Source of the DNA: Escherichia phage finno | Sequence record: MN850619.1 | Length of the DNA stretch: 64,000 bases | Reading direction: 5' to 3' (one strand) | Part shown: positions 16,276 through 24,911 of the stretch, piece after piece | How positions within the stretch are numbered: position 1 is the stretch's first letter | How the letters are laid out: every line of letters begins with the position of its first letter | The notes under the pieces: model-generated | Database searches by the model: none | Seen by the model: the letters and a program-made list of their open reading frames with translations, nothing else | Told to the model about the DNA's origin: nothing | Translations under genes and position numbers: made by a program

Positions 16276-16824
16276 ATGGAAAAAGATAACTTAAAAGAAG
16301 TTGAAGGTAACTACCTAGTACTTGACTGGAGCGATGTTCGAGAAGCACTCTCCGAAGAAAATCTTGACTGGTTCGAACAAATTATCTTTGCAGTACGGCA
16401 TAACAGAGAAGTTGAAAATGGTAAAGAGCCATTAGAAGGAATCTTTGTAGAGAAGTCTTATCCATTCTATGAAGATACTTTACAGAAAGTTAAGATGTAC
16501 TTTAAACAGAAGAACCGTAAAGTGGTCACTATGGTATCTCTTGGTGGACAGAGTATGTCTGTGATGGAAGATATCAACCCTAAGAGACCAAGTAAAGGTG
16601 TCTGTATAAAAATCACAGGTCATGAAGAGTATATCTCAGTGGATGATTTTAGTGTATTCTGCAATGGTTCTGCTGTCTTTAATGGTTTTCACTATGATAT
16701 CCGAGTGTATCCAATCAAGGGAGATGCTGTCATGATGCAGATATTTGATAACAATAATGGATTCACTCATTTTTATCAGACAACTAAGTCATCACTGAAA
16801 ACAGTTCTGGAAACACTGATTTAA
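16276..16824 (+). CDS. Hypothetical protein
   Basis: ORF track 16231..16824; start placed at the first internal Met after the upstream stop. Confidence 0.45.
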   Translation: MEKDNLKEVEGNYLVLDWSDVREALSEENLDWFEQIIFAVRHNREVENGKEPLEGIFVEKSYPFYEDTLQKVKMYFKQKNRKVVTMVSLGGQSMSVMEDINPKRPSKGVCIKITGHEEYISVDDFSVFCNGSAVFNGFHYDIRVYPIKGDAVMMQIFDNNNGFTHFYQTTKSSLKTVLETLI

Positions 16825-16835
16825 AATATCTTAAG

Positions 16836-16866
16836 AGCCTCCTTAATTGGGGGCTTTTTAATTTTT
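16836..16866 (+). terminator. Putative rho-independent terminator ending the plus-strand block
   Basis: AGCCTCC-ttaatt-GGGGGCT hairpin followed by TTTTTAATTTTT. Confidence 0.55.
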
Positions 16867-16869
16867 ATA

Positions 16870-18380
16870 AAATTTTATCGGTTGTCCCAACCTCTGGGTC
16901 ACCATCATATGTGAACAAAATATCTATCCTTCTTAACAACCTTCTTAATCTTACTCTCTATATAGTTATATAGTACTATATAGTATCTTAGTAACTATCT
17001 AGTGGTCTTAATAGCCCTCTGTATAACCCTTCTAACAAGCCCTCTAACAAGCCTTCTTAACAACCTATACAATCACCTTAACCATCCCTCTATACCCTCT
17101 TAGAAGCTCCTATACACCTCTTAATCTCTATGTCAGCTATGACACTCTCTATAGGTGTTCACTAGGTATTACTAAGCCTCTATATAGACTGTTTTAACAA
17201 ACTTAACAGGAATATCTTCACAGACCTTATCTCACAAGGTCTAACACGGTACTAACAAGGTATCTTATAAGCCTGTTTCTACCTGTATTTTTAAAAGACT
17301 GTCTAGGTAATTATTCAGAATTTTAAAATTTTTATAAAATAGGACTATCAAGTCATTTTTTAGGGTCTTTGAAGGAACTGAAAAATATCTGATTAGGATG
17401 TATATCTGCTTGGTAGCCCTTAACATCCCTGTAACATCCCCTTTGCAGAATTTTAAAATATCATTAACAATCTCTTAACAGTTATTACATCTTCTTAACA
17501 TCTCTTCAGAGGTCTTAACAGTTTATTAACAGAACTAACAAGGGTTTAACAGTTTTCTAACAAGTGCTGGATAGTCTTTACAGATGCTTAACAGATGACT
17601 AACAAGAGCTAACAAGTTAATTTTAAAGGGTTATTTTGTTAAGATAATTAACAAGTTTCTAACAAGTGTTTAATCTTTTTAACAAGCTATTAACATGGTC
17701 ACTACTCTTTTCTTATCGTTCCCTCCCCTTTCTTAGTGATTCTTTAAACATACCTCTTAAAAGCTCTGTATAGCTCTGTATAGCCCCTTTTAAGTTTCTT
17801 CCTAGTAACTACAGCCCAACTGTACAGATAGCTCTTTATAGGGCTTTACAGGGGCTTTAAAGGCTATGTCAAAGGTTCTTACAAGGCTTTTACATGGTTG
17901 TAACAGAGATTTAACAAGGGGCTAACAAGTTGCTAACAAGCATAACTATGTAGGATTTGTTAAGAAATTGTTAAGAAAATGTTAAGGGGGCTAGCATTTA
18001 CGTAACTTTTAAGCTACTTCAAAGTAACTTTTAAGCCCCTATAACATGCTTTTAAGACACTAACAAGCCCTTTTTAGTTATTCACAAGATAGCTAACGAG
18101 ATAATAAAGCTTACACCCTTATAAGATTCTTTTAAGGCTCTGAGAAGCTTTATAAAGGGCTTTTAAGGGTGAGGTAATGCAATCCCTTAAGTTAGGTTGA
18201 TAAGGCTGTTATAGGGCGTTATAGAGCGTTTAAGCGGTTACCCTTCCCTCTCGGGTTATGGGCTTATATTTAAGTTGATTTGATAAAAGGCTATAGAGTA
18301 GACTATAGAGTTATTGCTTTTTAAGGTCTGATAAGATTCTGGAAAGGAAAGGGAAAGGGTTGTATAAGGGATTTGATAGA
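16870..18380. repeat. ORF-free region packed with about 30 YTAACA(R)G motifs plus CTATAG/TATAG repeats; candidate origin or protein-binding array
   Basis: Examples: CTAACAAGCCCTCTAACAAGCCTTCTTAACAACC at ~17030; eight copies within 17460-17570; no ORF of 60 aa or more in 1.5 kb. Confidence 0.6.
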
Positions 18381-18386
18381 CGTAAA

Positions 18387-18436
18387 AAAGCCCCTATGGG
18401 AAAGGGGCTGTAAAGGTATCTGGGGCTAAATAGCCC
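18387..18436 (-). terminator. Terminator hairpins ending the minus-strand small-gene array
   Basis: Minus-sense AGCCCCTTTCCCATAGGGGCT followed by TTTTTT, plus a second GGGGCT-aaat-AGCCCC hairpin. Confidence 0.55.
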
Positions 18437-18447
18437 CGCTGCGTCGA

Positions 18448-18696
18448 TTAGTTGCAACCTTGTTTGTTGTAGTACAGGGAGACAATTTTTTCTCCCCAAT
18501 AGTGATAAGTATAACCATCCTTAAGAACTTCCTGTTTTGTTTCCTCCCAGAACTCCTCCGAAGGATTATATCCTTTGATAGTCTGACTGATAAGACCTTT
18601 CACCATTTCAAAGGCGTTATCAGTGCCTACGATGTCAAATTTAACATCCAGAGAGGAAAAACCGAACTCGTTAACAGTAGCGCGGATAGTTGCCAT
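18448..18696 (-). CDS. Hypothetical small early protein
   Basis: 82 aa ORF preceded by a conserved leader with AGGAGA RBS. Confidence 0.55.
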   Translation of the reverse strand: MATIRATVNEFGFSSLDVKFDIVGTDNAFEMVKGLISQTIKGYNPSEEFWEETKQEVLKDGYTYHYWGEKIVSLYYNKQGCN

Positions 18697-18790
18697 TTTT
18701 GAATCTCCTAGTTTAAGGGTTTTATTTAGTGGGGAGGTTGTCGCCTCCCGTTGATTAGTAATTTACTGCATGTTGGCGTATGTTGCAAGC
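18697..18790 (-). promoter_or_regulatory. Repeated promoter/leader element, type 1 (TTGCAA-N17-TAAATT, GGGAGG..CCTCCC hairpin, SD)
   Basis: Minus sense: TTGCAAcatacgccaacatgcagTAAATTACTAATCAACGGGAGGcgacaaCCTCCCCACTAAATAAAACCCTTAAACTAGGAGATTCAAAAATG. Confidence 0.55.
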
Positions 18791-19026
18791 CTTTTTTCGT
18801 TGTATTTTGTAAGAATCTCACAAGATAAAACATCATATTTTGCAACCGCGTTGCCTTTGTCGAGGTCAAAAAAGCCAAACGCTTTACCATCTTTGAATCC
18901 GACAACTTCGTAAGACTCTTTGATGATTTCACCATTGAACAAATCGCTTTCGATACGGTGGAATAATGCTACATCTTCTTTGTCGGTTGCAATTTGTAAA
19001 AGTTTGGTTAATTCTACGTTTTCCAT
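18763..19026 (-). CDS. Hypothetical small early protein
   Basis: 87 aa ORF. Confidence 0.55.
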   Translation of the reverse strand: MENVELTKLLQIATDKEDVALFHRIESDLFNGEIIKESYEVVGFKDGKAFGFFDLDKGNAVAKYDVLSCEILTKYNEKRLATYANMQ

Positions 19027-19110
19027 CTTGATGCCCCTAGTTTAAGGATTTTATTGAGTGGGGGAGGTCATCCCCCGTTAATGAGTAATTTACAGATTTT
19101 TGATTGTCTC
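19027..19110 (-). promoter_or_regulatory. Repeated promoter/leader element, type 1 variant
   Basis: CCCTAGTTTAAGGATTTTATTGAGTGGGGGAGGTCATCCCCCGTTAATGAGTAATTTACAG on the plus strand. Confidence 0.5.
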
Positions 19111-19620
19111 GTCAATGTCTTTTTCAATATCTTTTAAAGTTTTTTCTAAGTTCTTGATATTGAAAGATAAGCCCTCTCCCAATGTTTTGCTGTAACCACT
19201 AGGGCGCAAGTCATGCAGTTCGATTTCTTCCACTTCGAAGAGACTAACCAACTCACCGCTTACACTGTAAGCCATTGAAACAGTATTTGCAGGGGCTTTA
19301 TAGAACTTGTTTAAGGACTTGATAGAACGCTCATAAGCCATTTTATAACCGTTTAAAAGGTCTTTAACGTGGTTGCGAACGTTTTTACACTCATCTAAGT
19401 AAATCCCTAAGAATAGCGGTAATAACTCTGCTACAGCTTGCATAAAGTGAGAGACTACAACGGTTGCAACATTACGACGATGAACGTAATAAGCCCCGTT
19501 TTCTGATTTAGTGATGGTTGCAAAGTGTACCCCATTGCAGCGAAATTCATAGGTATCTTTAACAGGCTTAGACATTACAGCATTTGAGCGAATGTAGTTG
19601 ATAGCTTGAAATTTGTTCAT
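19090..19620 (-). CDS. Hypothetical early protein
   Basis: 176 aa ORF. Confidence 0.55.
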   Translation of the reverse strand: MNKFQAINYIRSNAVMSKPVKDTYEFRCNGVHFATITKSENGAYYVHRRNVATVVVSHFMQAVAELLPLFLGIYLDECKNVRNHVKDLLNGYKMAYERSIKSLNKFYKAPANTVSMAYSVSGELVSLFEVEEIELHDLRPSGYSKTLGEGLSFNIKNLEKTLKDIEKDIDETIKNL

Positions 19621-19805
19621 TTTGACTCTCCTAGTTTAAGGATTTTATTTAGTGGGGAGGTCATTACCTCCCGTTGATTAGTAATTTACTTGTTTTGATA
19701 GCTGATTGCAAGTAATTTTTTAAGTTTATCTTTAAAGAATCTTTTAAGTTAATCCCTTTAAGATAAACCCCCTCGAACAACATTACCAATGTCAAGGGGT
19801 ATTGT
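19621..19805 (-). promoter_or_regulatory. Type 1 leader plus upstream promoter (TTGACA-N17-TAATGT) with tandem TTGACA motif
   Basis: Leader at 19621-19700; ACCAATGTCAAGGGGTATTGTCAACAC at ~19775-19800. Confidence 0.5.
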
Positions 19806-19840
19806 CAACACTTTTTTAAAAGTTTTTTGTAAGTTATTGA

Positions 19841-20227
19841 TTAACTGATGAATATTTTTTCAGGCTTTACGTAGCTGATGCGTTGGTTTTTTAGCAGGTC
19901 ATCCCAGATTAACGCGGCGATATGGGAATAACCGGATTCACGTAATAACTTCATCGTTTTACATCTCGTTTCAAATCGGGTTGCGTAGTACTCGCTATTT
20001 AAAACCGTTTTAGTCCCTTCGTTATCTGTATGGATAATCTGCATCACTTGGAAGGGGCTTACATCCTCACCTTTATTCCATTGCTCAAAGTATTTTAGAC
20101 AATGCATAGGTGTCATCTTATCACTTACTTGAGTTGACCAAGATGAATCCGGTTTATTGGTAATTACAGTTACATAAGCCATTTTTTGAATCTCCAGTTT
20201 AGGATTTTGTTTAGTGGGGAAGGTCAT
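19841..20227 (-). CDS. Hypothetical early protein
   Basis: 128 aa ORF. Confidence 0.55.
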   Translation of the reverse strand: MTFPTKQNPKLEIQKMAYVTVITNKPDSSWSTQVSDKMTPMHCLKYFEQWNKGEDVSPFQVMQIIHTDNEGTKTVLNSEYYATRFETRCKTMKLLRESGYSHIAALIWDDLLKNQRISYVKPEKIFIS

Positions 20228-20300
20228 TCCCTCCCCGTTGATTAGTAATTTACAGATTTTTATCAGGCTTGTCTAGTCTTTTTCTATAATTATTTCATAT
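20228..20300 (-). promoter_or_regulatory. Repeated promoter/leader element, type 1
   Basis: TTGAATCTCCAGTTTAGGATTTTGTTTAGTGGGGAAGGTCATTCCCTCCCCGTTGATTAGTAATTTACAG. Confidence 0.5.
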
Positions 20301-20506
20301 TGACCGTCTACACTATCGAAATAGATACCATCTTCATCTTCTGTCTTAAAGTAACATTGTATGTCATCACTGGCGGGGTAGTCTTGCCTTGCTATCTGAC
20401 AGACCTGAACAGCATTTTCTTTACTTCCTGTAAACTCCTCAAGCCCTTTAAAATCGCATGAATGACCATTACAAATAGAAAGGATAAGATAAACGGTTGT
20501 AAGCAT
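20273..20506 (-). CDS. Hypothetical small protein with N-terminal signal/lipobox-like sequence
   Basis: 77 aa; N-terminus MLTTVYLILSICNGHSC. Confidence 0.45.
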   Translation of the reverse strand: MLTTVYLILSICNGHSCDFKGLEEFTGSKENAVQVCQIARQDYPASDDIQCYFKTEDEDGIYFDSVDGQYEIIIEKD

Positions 20507-20572
20507 GATTTAAGCCTCTTAAAAGCCCCTGTAAGGGGCTGATTAGTGTTTATAAGGTGATTGTATAGGTTT

Positions 20573-21115
20573 TCAGAAAAAGCTCTTTAAATCCTCTTCT
20601 GCGATGTTTCCCGCTAGTGTGTCCATGATGTCACAAAAAACCTGAATACTGTCCGACTGTTGAACACTTTTAGCAAGAAGCTCCAGAGACTCATCAAGAT
20701 AATTTAAATTTGGGTTATCCAATGAAGGAAGACAAAAAGGCGAAAACATCGCATTAAACTCGGTTACGTAAACCTTTTTAATCCAATTTAAATCGAAGTA
20801 TTCTGTAAAACTTGCTACGCCAGCCATATTATCACAAGAATAATCATCATTCAGCTCATCCTCTGGAATATCGAGTTCTAAGATAACAATATTTTGAGTC
20901 TTCATCTGAAAAGCTGCGGTGATAGTGGCATTGCCTAGAGCTTGCTGGATACCTTCAGAGATTATCTCTTCCTCATCGTCGCCATAGATTTTATTTTCTG
21001 GGTACACGTAAAAATTGCCGTCCATATCCGAACAATTCCATGCGCCTGATGGTTTATCACCGTTATTAATCAGGTTGAGGAAATTTTCTTGAGTAGTACC
21101 GTGAAAGCATTTCAT
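20573..21115 (-). CDS. Hypothetical acidic protein
   Basis: 180 aa ORF. Confidence 0.55.
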   Translation of the reverse strand: MKCFHGTTQENFLNLINNGDKPSGAWNCSDMDGNFYVYPENKIYGDDEEEIISEGIQQALGNATITAAFQMKTQNIVILELDIPEDELNDDYSCDNMAGVASFTEYFDLNWIKKVYVTEFNAMFSPFCLPSLDNPNLNYLDESLELLAKSVQQSDSIQVFCDIMDTLAGNIAEEDLKSFF

Positions 21116-21200
21116 TTTAGAATCTCCAGTTTAGGATTTAGTGGTAAAGCTCTTTATCTGGGGCTTAAGATATCAACTTTTAAGCCCCATGTAAAGCACT
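21116..21200 (-). promoter_or_regulatory. Repeated promoter/leader element, type 2 (TTTACA-N17-TATCTT with palindromic GGGGCTTAA..TTAAGCCCC spacer)
   Basis: Plus strand: AAAGCTCTTTATCTGGGGCTTAAGATATCAACTTTTAAGCCCCATGTAAAGCAC. Confidence 0.5.
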
Positions 21201-21404
21201 TTATTTGTTATTTTTTACAACTTTTAAAACTGCACGATAGCCTAAGCAATAAGAATCACCGAAGAGCGACCGACCCATGAAAGAATCCTCTTTTATATCC
21301 TTTGCAGTGACAGTTTTTTCTACGCCGTGAAAGAGAACTACATCACCAACTTTAATATCTTTGATGTGTGTAGTTTCAATGGTTAAACCGTTAATAATAG
21401 CCAT
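21201..21404 (-). CDS. Hypothetical small protein
   Basis: 67 aa ORF. Confidence 0.5.
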   Translation of the reverse strand: MAIINGLTIETTHIKDIKVGDVVLFHGVEKTVTAKDIKEDSFMGRSLFGDSYCLGYRAVLKVVKNNK

Positions 21405-21505
21405 TTTTGAATCTCCAGTTTAGGACTTTATTTAGTGGGGAAGGTCATTCCCGCCCCGTTGATGTGTAATTTACTCTATCTAAAAACCAGTGTCAACAAA
21501 AATTT
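21405..21505 (-). promoter_or_regulatory. Repeated promoter/leader element, type 1 (TTGACA-N17-TAAATT); identical copy at 22454-22542
   Basis: About 95 nt identical to the 22454-22542 copy, including AACCAGTGTCAACA. Confidence 0.55.
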
Positions 21506-21910
21506 TTAGAGTTCTGCATAAATTGCATCACAGACATCACGAAAATCGTGATTTGTCAAATTACGTTGTAACCAAGTGGCAAAGAAATCAGCGATTGCAA
21601 AATTAGCGTCATACTCGACGGATAGCCATACTTTAACAGCAAACCGAAACATTTTCAAATCAAGCTCTTTATTCATTACCTTAGATTTGCCTAACATGTC
21701 GGACATTTCATATTGTGCACCGTCTAGCGTGATACCTGCTGCAACGTCAGCCAATGAGTTTTTTACGTTTTCAACGTCTAAGATAACGCTTTGAATCTTC
21801 CCAATAATGTTGTGCAATGTCTCATCAGGCGCTGATGATGTCAGAACATTAATCCGGTTAACGGTCAAACGCGCTTTTAAGATTGATAACTCACGGTTAT
21901 TAATAGCCAT
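21506..21910 (-). CDS. Hypothetical protein
   Basis: ORF track 21506..21925; start trimmed to MAINN because the first residues lie in the repeat element and the RBS GGAGAACTTAAAA precedes this ATG. Confidence 0.5.
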   Translation of the reverse strand: MAINNRELSILKARLTVNRINVLTSSAPDETLHNIIGKIQSVILDVENVKNSLADVAAGITLDGAQYEMSDMLGKSKVMNKELDLKMFRFAVKVWLSVEYDANFAIADFFATWLQRNLTNHDFRDVCDAIYAEL

Positions 21911-21996
21911 TTTTAAGTTCTCCAATTTAGGATTTAGGGGTAAAGCTCTTTATCTGGGGCTTACTTTATCGAACTATAAGCCCCCTGTAAAGTACT
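21911..21996 (-). promoter_or_regulatory. Repeated promoter/leader element, type 2
   Basis: AAAGCTCTTTATCTGGGGCTTACTTTATCGAACTATAAGCCCCCTGTAAAGTAC. Confidence 0.5.
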
Positions 21997-22269
21997 TTAT
22001 ACTAAATGCAGCTTTTTACCTTTTACTATGATGTAACTCGATGCGCTATTGCTTTGCACATCCTGATAAATTCTGCGCAAACGGCCTTCGTAGTATACTT
22101 TCCAACTGGTTGGAATCTTTTTCCCGTATCCTGTAGCAGTTTTTTGTAGTCCTGCAAGTTGCCAATCTAAGATATGTTGTTCGGCTTGTAAATCCTCGAA
22201 GTGCATTACACCGTTCACATAGTGACGAAGGGTTACGTTTAAGGTGCGACCGTTGTTAGTAGTATACAT
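21997..22269 (-). CDS. Hypothetical protein
   Basis: ORF track 21997..22311; start trimmed to MYTTNNG (ATG at 22267-22269). Confidence 0.5.
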   Translation of the reverse strand: MYTTNNGRTLNVTLRHYVNGVMHFEDLQAEQHILDWQLAGLQKTATGYGKKIPTSWKVYYEGRLRRIYQDVQSNSASSYIIVKGKKLHLV

Positions 22270-22294
22270 TTTAAAAGCTCCTAGTTTAAGGATT

Positions 22295-22453
22295 TTATTT
22301 TGACAGTTCACTAATTAAGACATCAAAGACTATATCATTATCTGCTACAGTTGCAACACCAGTGATATAATCAATTTCTAAGATAACAACAACTTTCGTA
22401 CATAAACCGTCATCTATATCATTCCATACAACTTTATCACCTGCACAAAACAT
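22295..22453 (-). CDS. Hypothetical small protein (52 aa, below the ORF-track cutoff)
   Basis: Hand translation MFCAGDKVVWNDIDDGLCTKVVVILEIDYITGVATVADNDIVFDVLISELSK, preceded by the type 1 leader and RBS. Confidence 0.4.
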   Translation of the reverse strand: MFCAGDKVVWNDIDDGLCTKVVVILEIDYITGVATVADNDIVFDVLISELSK

Positions 22454-22542
22454 TTTTTGAATCTCCAGTTTAGGACTTTATTTAGTGGGGAAGGTCATTC
22501 CCGCCCCGTTGATGTGTAATTTACTCTATCTAAAAACCAGTG
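22454..22542 (-). promoter_or_regulatory. Repeated promoter/leader element, type 1 (duplicate of 21405-21505)
   Basis: Identical sequence TTGAATCTCCAGTTTAGGACTTTATTTAGTGGGGAAGGTCATTCCCGCCCCGTTGATGTGTAATTTACTCTATCTAAAAACCAGTGTCAACA. Confidence 0.55.
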
Positions 22543-22875
22543 TCAACAGTTTTGTTTTCGTTTGTTCAATTCTTGGACAATTACAGCGTAATAGTCTTTT
22601 AAGTCACTGATATTTAAAGCATTTATCAGAGAGTTATAATCATCGACTAACTGAAAATCATCTTTGAAGATGTCACTTATCTGATAGGTTTTCGCTTTAT
22701 ATCTGAAGCTCATCTCTAGCCGCTTTATTTGCTCATCACTGAGGCGCCCTAGAAAGCTTTCTACAAGGTTATTTCTAACCTGCTGTGTGATTGCCTTATT
22801 TGCTAGATTATAGGCTTTATATGCCTTATAAAGCGCGAGAATGGCAATGATTGCAGTGATGCCAGTCATTAACAT
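22543..22875 (-). CDS. Hypothetical membrane-anchored protein
   Basis: 110 aa; N-terminal TM helix MLMTGITAIIAILALYKAY. Confidence 0.55.
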   Translation of the reverse strand: MLMTGITAIIAILALYKAYKAYNLANKAITQQVRNNLVESFLGRLSDEQIKRLEMSFRYKAKTYQISDIFKDDFQLVDDYNSLINALNISDLKDYYAVIVQELNKRKQNC

Positions 22876-23165
22876 GGTGTTTCCTCTTTACGTGATACTT
22901 TGCCACTTACAGTTATCTCATAAGATTCTAATAAATCGCTTTTAGACTTTACAGGGATTTTAAAAGTATCATCATAAATATTGACCTGCAATACAGGTTT
23001 TTTATACTCCCTGCAACTATTCCATAAGCAAATCACTACACGACGGCCTTTTATTTTTCCGTGTAACCATTCCATAACATCATGGCTATTCCTTGATGTC
23101 TCAATAAAATCAATTTTGTTAAGTAACTTGCTTAGATTTTCACGGACTTTATTTGATAATTTCAT
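22869..23165 (-). CDS. Hypothetical protein, translationally coupled to the downstream gene
   Basis: 98 aa ORF overlapping the next start by 7 nt. Confidence 0.5.
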   Translation of the reverse strand: MKLSNKVRENLSKLLNKIDFIETSRNSHDVMEWLHGKIKGRRVVICLWNSCREYKKPVLQVNIYDDTFKIPVKSKSDLLESYEITVSGKVSRKEETPC

Positions 23166-23256
23166 TTTAGAGTCTCCTAGTTTAAGGGTTAATTTGATAA
23201 AGCTCTTTATCTGGGGCTATCATATCAGCTTGTTAGCCCCGTGTAAAGAGGTCTAT
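23166..23256 (-). promoter_or_regulatory. Repeated promoter/leader element, type 2 variant
   Basis: AAAGCTCTTTATCTGGGGCTATCATATCAGCTTGTTAGCCCCGTGTAAAGAGG. Confidence 0.45.
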
Positions 23257-23769
23257 TTAGTTCTTAAAGATATTCATCACTGAATCTTTTAATGCTTCCA
23301 AACGTTCTAATACTTCAGCCTCTGCGTCTGAATTGCTCACCTCTTCTTTTAATCTATCTTCTAAATCCTCACCGTCACTATAGCACCAATCAAAGGCATA
23401 TCCTAGATAAAAACTCTCTAAAACCGTGTTGTCATTTGCATCGATAACTTTCGCGGCAAGGTTGTATTCTGAAGCTTCTAAATCTCTTTCTAGTTCTTTC
23501 TGTAAGCTGATGTAAGCCTGTTTTGATGGGTTTTCCCGGCCTTGTTTTGCATAGTCACTAGAAAGCTGCTTAAGGCTATAATTTAAAGGGATTGCATATT
23601 TAAAATCGTTACGCTGACAGTTAGGGTTTTTAATAGTCACGCCGCCTTGATGGTCATCTGTAAACTTCCAATTATCAAGATTATGGCTTGCTTCGTAGCA
23701 ATTTACCGCTTCATAGATAATGGTGAATTTTTCTTTTACAACTTCAAAGGTAGCGTCTACAGTTTTCAT
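23257..23769 (-). CDS. Hypothetical acidic protein
   Basis: 170 aa ORF. Confidence 0.55.
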   Translation of the reverse strand: MKTVDATFEVVKEKFTIIYEAVNCYEASHNLDNWKFTDDHQGGVTIKNPNCQRNDFKYAIPLNYSLKQLSSDYAKQGRENPSKQAYISLQKELERDLEASEYNLAAKVIDANDNTVLESFYLGYAFDWCYSDGEDLEDRLKEEVSNSDAEAEVLERLEALKDSVMNIFKN

Positions 23770-23854
23770 TTTTGAATCTCCAATTTAGGATTTAGTGGTA
23801 AAGCTCTTTATCTGGGGCTTAAGATATCAACTTTTAAGCCCCTTGTAAAGTACT
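23770..23854 (-). promoter_or_regulatory. Repeated promoter/leader element, type 2
   Basis: Near-identical to the 21116-21200 copy. Confidence 0.5.
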
Positions 23855-24148
23855 TTATTTGTTATTTTTCAGCTTTGCATAACTTCTCATTGTACGAATG
23901 GGGGATGTTAAGGCTATGCGTCTAATATATGCCTTTTTCGTGTATACATTTGTCTTCCCGATAGTGCTTACACATGTAAAAAGGTTTATCGGTGAATTTT
24001 TTAGCTTCAACTGTTTATCAGCCTTCACGCCCCACCTTACAGCAGATTGTTTTCCGTTGTCAACCACTTTCCCGCATAACTTTTTAGCCATAGCGCGAGC
24101 GTCATCACGAGTTTTTGCAGTAATTACAACGTTTTTGATAATAGCCAT
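23855..24148 (-). CDS. Hypothetical basic protein
   Basis: ORF track 23855..24163; start trimmed to MAIIKN after the repeat/RBS. Confidence 0.5.
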   Translation of the reverse strand: MAIIKNVVITAKTRDDARAMAKKLCGKVVDNGKQSAVRWGVKADKQLKLKNSPINLFTCVSTIGKTNVYTKKAYIRRIALTSPIRTMRSYAKLKNNK

Positions 24149-24234
24149 TTTTAAGTTCTCCAATTTAGGATTTAGTGGTAAAGCTCTTTATCTGGGGCTT
24201 ACTTTATCGAACTATAAGCCCCTTGTAAAGTACT
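24149..24234 (-). promoter_or_regulatory. Repeated promoter/leader element, type 2
   Basis: Minus-sense TTTACA-aggggcttatagttcga-TAAAGT with palindromic GGGGCTTA..TAAGCCCC. Confidence 0.5.
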
Positions 24235-24618
24235 TTATTCGTTAATTTTGAAGATTGTTACATAACCATCGCTCCCGATGATTTGCGATACCCCAGCTTT
24301 TTCTACTTTATAGCCCATATTTTCAAGATGATAAACAGCATCATCATAACCATATGCGCCACCCTGATAACGTCGCTTATCGCATTTTATCAGGTTTTTA
24401 CCACGTCCAGCAAGTGCATTCAGTACAGCTTTTTCACTTGATAGCGTACCATCTAACATGGTTGCCGTGTAATGGTTGATTCTATTCCCGTTTACATCAT
24501 ACTTAAAATTGAATGCGTGAACAACAATAATGTTGCCTTTAAAATTCTCATCAAGTGACTTCTCCAGTACTTTGCGAAAGTTGTCTTTGTTGATGAATTT
24601 CGGTGCACGATAAGCCAT
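24235..24618 (-). CDS. Hypothetical protein
   Basis: 127 aa ORF. Confidence 0.55.
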   Translation of the reverse strand: MAYRAPKFINKDNFRKVLEKSLDENFKGNIIVVHAFNFKYDVNGNRINHYTATMLDGTLSSEKAVLNALAGRGKNLIKCDKRRYQGGAYGYDDAVYHLENMGYKVEKAGVSQIIGSDGYVTIFKINE

Positions 24619-24704
24619 TTTTGAATCTCCTAGTTTAAGGTTAGTTAGTAAAGCTCTTTATCTGGGGCTTACTTTATCGAACTATAAGCCCCTTGTAAAG
24701 TACT
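24619..24704 (-). promoter_or_regulatory. Repeated promoter/leader element, type 2
   Basis: Near-identical to the 24149-24234 copy. Confidence 0.5.
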
Positions 24705-24911
24705 TTATTTATCGTAGTAATAAATTGCTGTCTGTCTTGTAAACTTCTTAGTATTTCTTGTCAGATAGCAATTAGAATTAATAGCCGTTTCTACATAGTT
24801 GCAATAGTCAGCTTCTGATATTCTGGACCACACGCCACAGATTTGCATGTAAAAACGTTTTGCCTTTGTGTTAATGTTAGTTGTAACCATCAATTCGCGA
24901 CTGTACAGCAT
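24705..24911 (-). CDS. Hypothetical small Cys-containing protein (first gene of the array)
   Basis: 68 aa ORF. Confidence 0.5.
   Translation of the reverse strand: MLYSRELMVTTNINTKAKRFYMQICGVWSRISEADYCNYVETAINSNCYLTRNTKKFTRQTAIYYYDK

Noticed and set aside
16870-18380. Possible CRISPR array in the repeat-rich ORF-free region
   Set aside because: Repeats are short (7-8 nt), degenerate and irregularly spaced with no uniform repeat-spacer periodicity; no cas genes nearby.
21807-22031. Plus-strand ORFs 21807..22031, 23898..24245, 21089..21280 and 21576..21794 with recurring peptide ...FKFSNLGF.GKALYLGL...
   Set aside because: They are antisense translations of the repeated promoter/leader elements between minus-strand genes; the recurring peptide just reflects the repeated DNA.
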